DNA of 64,000 nucleotides from Candidatus Micrarchaeia archaeon (GTDB lineage Archaea; Micrarchaeota; Micrarchaeia; Burarchaeales; JACRGF01): NCBI GenBank assembly GCA_038890815.1, contig JAWAFC010000001.1, positions 68,456 to 132,455 of the forward strand, read 5' to 3'. Shown piece by piece: positions 8,900 to 15,439 of this stretch (position 1 is its first letter; each line of letters starts with the position of its first letter). The notes under the pieces were generated by a model. It saw only the letters and a program-made list of their open reading frames with translations, ran no database searches and was not told where the DNA came from. The position numbers and the translations under genes were made by a program.

Positions 8900-10098
8900 T
8901 GAGGGCGTGGGCGCTCGTGCTGGTCGGGCTCATACTCCTGTCTGGCTGCCTCGGCACGATACAGCGGTGCACGGGCGCGGGGGCGCCGCCAGGGCCAGGG
9001 GGATGCTGTCCTGGCACCTATCTGTCCGAGACGGGGATGTGCGAGACGAGAGTGAACTGGTATGGTCCGGTGATGCTCGCCCTGCTGCTCTCGTCTTTTG
9101 TTGCCGCCGTGATGTTCATGCTGGCGTTCGGCTTCGGCATGCCCTCCCTGTTAGTATGGGCAAAGAACGAACTGTACCAGCTCGCCGCCACTGCGATCTT
9201 CGTTGGCGCGATGTTCATCATAATCAGCTTCATCGATCAGGTTTTCGTCCCGCTGTTTTACCTGCCGTGGTACCTGGAGAGGGTTTCGGCGGGCCTCACG
9301 GTATCCGCCAACGATGCATTCCAGGTTGCCGAGCAATTCCTTGACATCGCACAAACGATAATCACAGCATATTACATCATATTCAACGGCATGAATGTAG
9401 CATTTGGGGTGCTCGCCTCCTCGACCGTCTCCATCGCGCCCATGCGCGTGGGCATAACCATACAGCCGGGCGTGGCGCTGCGCCCAATCCTGGATGCGCT
9501 CGCCATAGTGCTCAATGGACAGGGACTCGCGCTGGCCAGCATCATAGGGCAGCAACTCTTTCTCAAGTTTGTCCGTGACACCATGATGCCGATCTTTCTC
9601 CCCGTGGGGATTCTTCTGCGGACGTTTCCATTCACGCGCAGCGCGGGCGGCGCGCTCATCGCCATCGCTGTGGGATTCTATGTGGTGTGGCCGCTCACAT
9701 ACATCATGTCATTCGAATTTCTGAAGGCGCACATGGCGAGGGTGTATTGTTTCGGCGTGCCGCTTCCGCCGAGCTGCACCGCACTCGATGTGGCTGAGAG
9801 AATCATCGAGCCGATGCGCGAGCATCTGATGAGCGCTGTGTCCGCGCTGCTCAATCCGAGCGGTTTTGCCTATCTTGGGGAGGTGTTCTTTCTGCTTTTC
9901 CTGCTGCCAACGGGGAAGCTGATCCCTGCGCTCACCGTCATTCTCATCATACTCATCAGCTATTTTGTTTACATGACAGTCGTGCTGGGATTTGTCATGC
10001 CCGCCCTCCAGCTGCTCATCACCTTCACGGCCATAAGAGGGCTGGCGAATATACTTGGAGCGGATATCAATCTGCAAGCGCTCTCCAAGATAGTGTGA
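8896..10098 (+). CDS. Paralog 4 of the novel membrane protein family (400 aa). It has a lipobox signal peptide and an N-terminal CC/Cys cluster.
   Basis: The N-terminus is MMRAWALVLVGLILLSGC followed by CLGTIQRCTGAGAPPGPGGCCPGTYLSETGMCE. Shared motifs are VWAKNELYQ, PIFLPVGILLRTFPFTRSAGGALIAIAVGFYVVWPLTYIM and the tail ILGADINLQALSKIV. The ATGA start overlaps the upstream stop. Confidence 0.75.
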   Translation: MMRAWALVLVGLILLSGCLGTIQRCTGAGAPPGPGGCCPGTYLSETGMCETRVNWYGPVMLALLLSSFVAAVMFMLAFGFGMPSLLVWAKNELYQLAATAIFVGAMFIIISFIDQVFVPLFYLPWYLERVSAGLTVSANDAFQVAEQFLDIAQTIITAYYIIFNGMNVAFGVLASSTVSIAPMRVGITIQPGVALRPILDALAIVLNGQGLALASIIGQQLFLKFVRDTMMPIFLPVGILLRTFPFTRSAGGALIAIAVGFYVVWPLTYIMSFEFLKAHMARVYCFGVPLPPSCTALDVAERIIEPMREHLMSAVSALLNPSGFAYLGEVFFLLFLLPTGKLIPALTVILIILISYFVYMTVVLGFVMPALQLLITFTAIRGLANILGADINLQALSKIV

Positions 10099-11522
10099 TG
10101 AGCATGAACAGGTTGCTTGTTGTGCTGGGCACATTCGCGCTGGCGGGGTGCGTGAGCATATCCCCGCCCATTTCGACGAGCGCCGCGTACGCGTGCGGCA
10201 TAACGGCGAGCTGGGGCTCGTGGGCCGGCTTGGCCGCGCTGGGCGCGCTGCTCTCTTTCTTCATCCTTGTGCTCGTTTACATGGGAGCAACTGTGCTTGG
10301 CATCGCGGGCGCGGCGACGTGGGCGAAGAACGAGTTTTACCAGACGGCGGCGAGCCTCGTCATTGTGGCCAACCTCGTGCTGGCCGTGGGTGTGTTGTGC
10401 AGCCCGAGCTTTCCGGCACTTTTCGGACTCGACCCGAAACTCATCGGCATGCCGGCCGGCACAACGCCGAACCTGTATGACTATGCCTTTGAGTATGTGA
10501 GATGGCTGAATGAAAAAATAATAATTGGGTGGCTGCACGCTTTTGTGCTGCAGTGGCGCACGGCAATCGCCACGAGCTATGCGAGCGGCATGCAGCCGGG
10601 CGGGTATGGCGTCAGCGTGCAGCCCATGGCCGGGCTCTCGGCGCTTGAGAGCGGGCTCAACCTCATGCTGCAGTCCTTCACAATCGCCTGGATAACCAAC
10701 CTCGTGCAGGCCGAGATACTCAAGTTCATCCTCGTCTCCATGTTCAACATCGTGCTGCCCGTGGGTGTTGTGCTGAGGTGCTTCAGTTTTACGCGCGCAT
10801 TCGGTGGCGCGCTCATGGGCATTGCCGTAGCACTGTTCGTGTTCTATCCCATCCTGCTCGGAATAAACATGCTGGCGATTGCCGATGCCACCAATGCCGT
10901 GGTGGACGCCCTCTCCTCCCAGTACAGGTGCACGCCCGGCTCGACGACCGAATGCTGCGGCGGCCTGACATGCAATGCGGATGGGAGTTGCCCCCCATGT
11001 ATTTTTGCGGGAGAAGCCGACAACCCGAGCAAATGTTGCTCAGGGAAGTTTGATCCTAATCAGCCGGGCAGATGCCTTGAGCTCGGCTATCCTGGTGATG
11101 CATGCAGCGCGGACAGCGGGTGTTTCTCGGGAAAATGCGAGGGCGGCGTGTGCACGACGTGCAAAGTGTCCCAGTCCGCCTGGTCGGTGAGCGGAGAGGA
11201 TGCGCTGGGGATGCTCACTATTATTGGGAATGTGATATGGGTGGGCCTTGTGGCCTACTTCGCGCCCGTGCTGACATCGATGATGGCGATAGGCAGGCTG
11301 GGTGGAATGGCTCTGCTTAAGGGCGCGCTGGGCGGCACGTTGCTGGCGCTGCTGGGCGGCACATACGCGATCTTTGGGCTCATTAGGGTAGCCTCCTATA
11401 TCCTCATTGGGGCCATTCTGCTGCCGGCTTTCAATTTCATCTTGCTGGTAACCATCGCGCGCGACCTCTCGCGGTTCTTCGGAGAGGAGGTGGATGTGTC
11501 CAACCTCACGAGGATGATATGA
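10095..11522 (+). CDS. Paralog 5 of the novel membrane protein family (475 aa). It has a lipobox signal peptide and an ~85-aa Cys-rich extracellular insert.
   Basis: The N-terminus is MMSMNRLLVVLGTFALAGC. Shared motifs are TWAKNEFYQ, FNIVLPVGVVLRCFSFTRAFGGALMGIAVALFVFYPILLG and the tail FFGEEVDVSNLTRMI. The insert reads CTPGSTTECCGGLTCNADGSCPPC...CCSGKFDPNQPGRCLELGYPGDACSADSGCFSGKCEGGVCTTC. The ATGA start overlaps the upstream stop. Confidence 0.75.
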   Translation: MMSMNRLLVVLGTFALAGCVSISPPISTSAAYACGITASWGSWAGLAALGALLSFFILVLVYMGATVLGIAGAATWAKNEFYQTAASLVIVANLVLAVGVLCSPSFPALFGLDPKLIGMPAGTTPNLYDYAFEYVRWLNEKIIIGWLHAFVLQWRTAIATSYASGMQPGGYGVSVQPMAGLSALESGLNLMLQSFTIAWITNLVQAEILKFILVSMFNIVLPVGVVLRCFSFTRAFGGALMGIAVALFVFYPILLGINMLAIADATNAVVDALSSQYRCTPGSTTECCGGLTCNADGSCPPCIFAGEADNPSKCCSGKFDPNQPGRCLELGYPGDACSADSGCFSGKCEGGVCTTCKVSQSAWSVSGEDALGMLTIIGNVIWVGLVAYFAPVLTSMMAIGRLGGMALLKGALGGTLLALLGGTYAIFGLIRVASYILIGAILLPAFNFILLVTIARDLSRFFGEEVDVSNLTRMI

Positions 11523-12547
11523 TGTTGCAGGCGGATTTCGGGCAGGCAACGCAGGCTGCTGTCACGGCGGCTTGGACTACGGGGGCTGGGCTGGTGTGGC
11601 AGCAGGCTGCTGCGCTGGCCGTGCTGATATCCATATTTCTTGTGGCGCTCGCCTATATGGTCTCTGTAATTCTGGATCTGCCCGAGGCTAAAAGGTGGGC
11701 TCGGGGGGAATTCTTGCAGGCGATGGCCAGCGCCATGCTCGTGTTCGGCCTCATCGCCTTCACCGGCCTCATCTCCACTGGCATGGCAAACATCACGCGT
11801 GAGCTGGCTGCCAATAACCCGGTGCTGTCTGCCATTCCCCCAGGAGTCATCCAACCCGACAATCCATTCAGCTTAACGCACTTTTATCTGAACAGCACGC
11901 TGAAATGCATCAGGCTTTACTATGTCAAGGCGCTCCGCATTGCGTTGCTCGTGGATACGATGGCGAGTGTGACGCTGTCGAGCTATGGCGTGCATACCGT
12001 CACGGGCTGGCCCTTCTCGTATCCTTCCAACATGGCCCATCAGATAACCCAACTTTCGACATGGTTGCTCATCGCTAACTATTTCCAGAGACAACTTCTC
12101 AACTTTGTCGCGGACACCATGTTTACGATATTCCTGCCCCTCGGCGTTGTGCTGCGCGTGCTGCCCTACACGAGGGGCGCGGGCGCCTTCCTCATGGGGC
12201 TTGCCATAGGCATGTACCTGGTGTATCCCTTCAGCTATGCGCTCATACTTTCGGTGGGAGCCCAGCATGACCTGCTGAGCTGCGTGGAGTACAATGTGGA
12301 GGCGCTGAGGGAGCAGTGCGCGACACAGGAGGGCATCGCACAGCTGAGTTTTATATGGAAGGTAAAGAACACTGGGATAATAGCCTACCTAACCACTGTG
12401 GGCAGGCTCATCCCCTTCATGTTCATGGAAGCATACATATATCCGCTCATGGCGCTGACCATAACGTTCACGGCTGTGAAGCAGCTTTCCGATTTCCTGG
12501 GCGCGAACGTTGCCGAAATTGCACAGGGGCTGGTTAGATTAATATAA
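11519..12547 (+). CDS. Paralog 6 of the novel membrane protein family (342 aa). It has no lipobox; the N-terminal region leads into TM1.
   Basis: Shared motifs are a degenerate EAKRWARGEFLQ, FTIFLPLGVVLRVLPYTRGAGAFLMGLAIGMYLVYPFSYAL and the tail FLGANVAEIAQGLVRLI. The ATGA start overlaps the upstream stop. Confidence 0.75.
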   Translation: MMLQADFGQATQAAVTAAWTTGAGLVWQQAAALAVLISIFLVALAYMVSVILDLPEAKRWARGEFLQAMASAMLVFGLIAFTGLISTGMANITRELAANNPVLSAIPPGVIQPDNPFSLTHFYLNSTLKCIRLYYVKALRIALLVDTMASVTLSSYGVHTVTGWPFSYPSNMAHQITQLSTWLLIANYFQRQLLNFVADTMFTIFLPLGVVLRVLPYTRGAGAFLMGLAIGMYLVYPFSYALILSVGAQHDLLSCVEYNVEALREQCATQEGIAQLSFIWKVKNTGIIAYLTTVGRLIPFMFMEAYIYPLMALTITFTAVKQLSDFLGANVAEIAQGLVRLI

Positions 12548-12563
12548 AAAGAGATGTGATGGT

Positions 12564-13877
12564 GTGAGACCAGAAGTTGAGACAGACAAAAGTGAAGAGG
12601 AAAAAAATGAGGAAAGGCTGCTCGAAAAGCTCGTGGGCAGGCTCTCCTTCGTGCAAACGAGGGAGGAACAGGAAAGGATAGTGGGCGAGGCGATCAGGGA
12701 GGTTTACGGAAAGCTCAGCGAGGAGAAGAGGAACGCGCTCATCAGAAATGTGCTGAGTTTCGGGGAGCTCGACGACCTGATGAGAGATGAGGAGATTGAG
12801 GACATAATGATAAACGGCCTCAAGTCCATCTATACATTTTCCACAAAAGAAGGCATGGTTAAGGTCGACAGGAAATTCAAAACGCTCGAGCAGCTCAACC
12901 TATTCGTTAAGCGCCTGCTCGTGCTGTCGGGAAAAAGCAAACTGAATTACATAAACAATTTTCATCTGCCCGGTGGGAGCAGGGCGAATGTCATAGCTTC
13001 GCCTTTTGGACCTCAGATCACGATCAGGAAATTCAAAAAGAGGCCGCTTTCGCTCATTGACCTTATCGAAAACAACACCCTGAGTGTCGAGCTGGCCGCA
13101 CAGTTCTGGCTCTACGCGGATGGGCTGCGCATCAAGCCCGCCAACATACTCATCGCGGGCATGCCCGGTTCGGGCAAGACGACGATGCTCAATGCCCTGT
13201 TTTCATTCTTTCCGGCCAACGAGAGAATCGTAGTCATTGAGGACACGCTTGAGCTGAACACAGAGGCGAACGAAAACACCGCACGGCTCGAAACAACCGA
13301 GGAGCTGACAATGCAAGACCTCGTCAAGAACAGCCTGCGCATGCATCCGAACAGAATAATCGTGGGGGAGGTGCGCGGCAACGAGGCGAACGACCTGATG
13401 ACAGCCATGAACATAGGGAAGATCTGTATGGGCACGCTGCACGCCAACAGCGCGCGCGAGGCTGTCATGCGCCTTGAAAATGTTCCCATGAACGTGCCCA
13501 CTGAGATCATTCCGCTCATCGATGTTTTCATCGTCATGCGGCACTATTGGGTGAATGGGCGACTTAGAAGGGTGGTTGGGCAGGTGACCGAGACGGGAGG
13601 GATCGAGAAGAAGGTCCTCCTCAGCGACCTGTGCTCCTTCGACCCACACACGGGCACCATGGTGAACGTGCATCCCAGCGTAATTTACAGGGACCGCCTG
13701 GCGGCGGCCGCGGGCATCTCGCCCAAGGAGGTCATGGATGAACTTGCAGTGCGCGTAAAGGTGCTGCGCGCGCTTGTTAAGGCTGGCATCCGTGAGATAA
13801 AGCAGCTCAGCGAATTCACGCAGGCCTACTACGAGAACCCGCGGAACGCGATGGCGAAGATAGGTCTCCAGCAGTAA
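12564..13877 (+). CDS. Secretion or pilus-assembly ATPase of the FlaI/TadA(CpaF)/VirB11 family (437 aa). GTG start, 16 nt after paralog 6.
   Basis: It has Walker A (IAGMPGSGKTTMLNAL), an Asp-box/Walker B region (RIIVGEVRGNEANDLM), a His box (GTLHANSA) and a FlaI/TadA-like N-terminal domain (IMINGLKSIYTFSTKEGMVKVDRKF). No TadC/FlaJ platform or pilin genes are adjacent. Confidence 0.85.
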   Translation: MRPEVETDKSEEEKNEERLLEKLVGRLSFVQTREEQERIVGEAIREVYGKLSEEKRNALIRNVLSFGELDDLMRDEEIEDIMINGLKSIYTFSTKEGMVKVDRKFKTLEQLNLFVKRLLVLSGKSKLNYINNFHLPGGSRANVIASPFGPQITIRKFKKRPLSLIDLIENNTLSVELAAQFWLYADGLRIKPANILIAGMPGSGKTTMLNALFSFFPANERIVVIEDTLELNTEANENTARLETTEELTMQDLVKNSLRMHPNRIIVGEVRGNEANDLMTAMNIGKICMGTLHANSAREAVMRLENVPMNVPTEIIPLIDVFIVMRHYWVNGRLRRVVGQVTETGGIEKKVLLSDLCSFDPHTGTMVNVHPSVIYRDRLAAAAGISPKEVMDELAVRVKVLRALVKAGIREIKQLSEFTQAYYENPRNAMAKIGLQQ

Positions 13878-14222
13878 TTAAGGCGTCTGCGCGGGCTGCG
13901 TGAAGCCCAGCGATTTCTTTGCCTCGGCGGACATCCTGTCCGGGGTCCAGGGAGGGTCAAACACGAGCTCGACTTTTGCGCTTTTCACGCCCTTGATGCC
14001 CCGCACGGCGCGCTCCGCGTTGCTGAGAATCATGGGGCCGAGCGGGCAGAATGGCGTAGTGAGGCTCATCTTGATTACAACGTTGTTTTCAGCGTCAATT
14101 TTGATTTCATACACGAGGCCGAGATTGACGATGTCGATGCCTATCTCGGGGTCGATGACGCTTTTCAGCGCATCCAGCACATCTTTCTCCGAAACTTTTC
14201 TGGATTGTGTATCCGCTGCCAT
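13878..14222 (-). CDS. DUF59/MIP18-family Fe-S cluster assembly protein (SufT/PaaD-like), 114 aa
   Basis: This is the C-terminal part of the 509-aa minus ORF. The true start is MAADTQSRKVSEKDVLDALKSVIDPEIGIDIVNLGLVYEI...FCPLG...VELVFDPPWTPDRMS, which is the typical DUF59 pattern. The rest of the ORF is antisense to ftsZ. Confidence 0.8.
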   Translation of the reverse strand: MAADTQSRKVSEKDVLDALKSVIDPEIGIDIVNLGLVYEIKIDAENNVVIKMSLTTPFCPLGPMILSNAERAVRGIKGVKSAKVELVFDPPWTPDRMSAEAKKSLGFTQPAQTP

Positions 14223-14321
14223 GGCGGGAGTTTCGCACAGCACATTTTTATAGCCGCGCTCGCAGGAGGGCGAGCGAAAAGTATTTAAATACGCACCACT
14301 AAGATGGCGTGGGCGATCAGT

Positions 14322-15380
14322 ATGGAGAGTTTGATAAAAAGCGTTATGGGAGAGCAGGGGCCAGCTCAGGAAAACTTTGGCTCCGAACAGATAAAGATAG
14401 TGGTGGCCGGTGTTGGCGGTGCTGGAAACAACACCATCAACCGGCTGGTGAAGGCAGGTGTGAAAGGGTGCGAGCTGTTGGCTATAAACACCGACAGGCA
14501 GCACCTGAGCGTGGTGAACGAAGCGGCCAAGAAGCTGCTCATAGGCCAGTCCATCACGCGCGGGCTTGGGGCCGGAGGCTATCCGGAGATCGGAGCGAAG
14601 GCTGCCGAAGTTGACAGGCACCTTCTGGAGAGAGAGCTTTCCAACGCCCACCTCGTGTTCGTGTGCGCGGGCATGGGTGGAGGAACGGGGACGGGCGCGG
14701 CGCCGATCGTGGCCCAGATTGCCAAGGAACAGGGCGCGATCGTGGTGGCCATGGTGACCTATCCCTTCAGCCTCGAGAGGGCGAGGAGAGTCAAGGCTGA
14801 TGAGGGGATAACCAACCTCAGAAAAGTTGTGGACTCGTGCATAGTGCTGGACAACAACAGACTGGTGCAACTCGTGCCCAACCTGCCCATGAACGACGCC
14901 TTCGCGGTGGCTGACGAGATTCTCGCCAAGGCCATAGGTGGTCTGGTCTGGACAATCACTCAGCCGAGCCTCATCAACATCGACTTCGCCGATGTGCGGG
15001 CGATTATGGGCGGGGGAGGCGTCGGCTTCATCGCGGTCGGAGAGGGAAAAGGTACCGATAAGGTGGCTGCAGCCGCAGAGGGCGTGCTCAAGAACCGCCT
15101 GCTCGATGTTGATTTCGAAGGCGCGAGCGGAGCCATCATTCACATAAGCGGCGGCAGCGACCTGACGCTCGGCGACGCGATAAAGGCGGGCGAGATAATC
15201 ACTGAGAGGATGGATCCGAAGGCTAATGTCAAGTGGGGAGCGCGCCTCATACCCGGATACGACGGGAAGATAGAGATCGTGGCCATAGTCACGGGTGTGA
15301 AGGGCGCAAGCGTGCTCGGCAAGCCGTTTGAGGATAAGCCGAGAGAAGTCGCATACAGCGACATTGAAATAATCGGGTAA
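14322..15380 (+). CDS. ftsZ: Cell division GTPase FtsZ, tandem copy A. The start is probably ATG 14322 (MESLIKSV). The ORF tool start at 14304 is the alternative.
   Basis: It has GVGGAGNN, the tubulin signature GGGTGTGAAP, NTD..L and the T7 loop. TTTAAATA lies about 30 nt upstream of 14322. Confidence 0.9.
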   Translation: MESLIKSVMGEQGPAQENFGSEQIKIVVAGVGGAGNNTINRLVKAGVKGCELLAINTDRQHLSVVNEAAKKLLIGQSITRGLGAGGYPEIGAKAAEVDRHLLERELSNAHLVFVCAGMGGGTGTGAAPIVAQIAKEQGAIVVAMVTYPFSLERARRVKADEGITNLRKVVDSCIVLDNNRLVQLVPNLPMNDAFAVADEILAKAIGGLVWTITQPSLINIDFADVRAIMGGGGVGFIAVGEGKGTDKVAAAAEGVLKNRLLDVDFEGASGAIIHISGGSDLTLGDAIKAGEIITERMDPKANVKWGARLIPGYDGKIEIVAIVTGVKGASVLGKPFEDKPREVAYSDIEIIG

Positions 15381-15439
15381 AGCGATGCTTTGCCCATACC
15401 CTTTCACAGGCGACCAGAAAGGGGGTTTCCCCGAGGCAG

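Noticed and set aside
9969-12268. Several 130-190-aa minus-strand ORFs within the paralog array (for example 9969..10538, 11040..11549, 11396..11854 and 11873..12268)
   Set aside because: They are antisense to the tightly packed, motif-bearing paralog genes, and their compositions are Arg/His/Gly-rich, which is typical of GC-rich antisense frames.
13878-15407. 509-aa minus-strand ORF spanning the ftsZ-A locus
   Set aside because: Only its last ~114 codons (13878-14222) form a real gene, the DUF59 protein. The remainder is antisense to ftsZ-A and has no motifs. It reflects the high-GC tendency to give open antisense frames.
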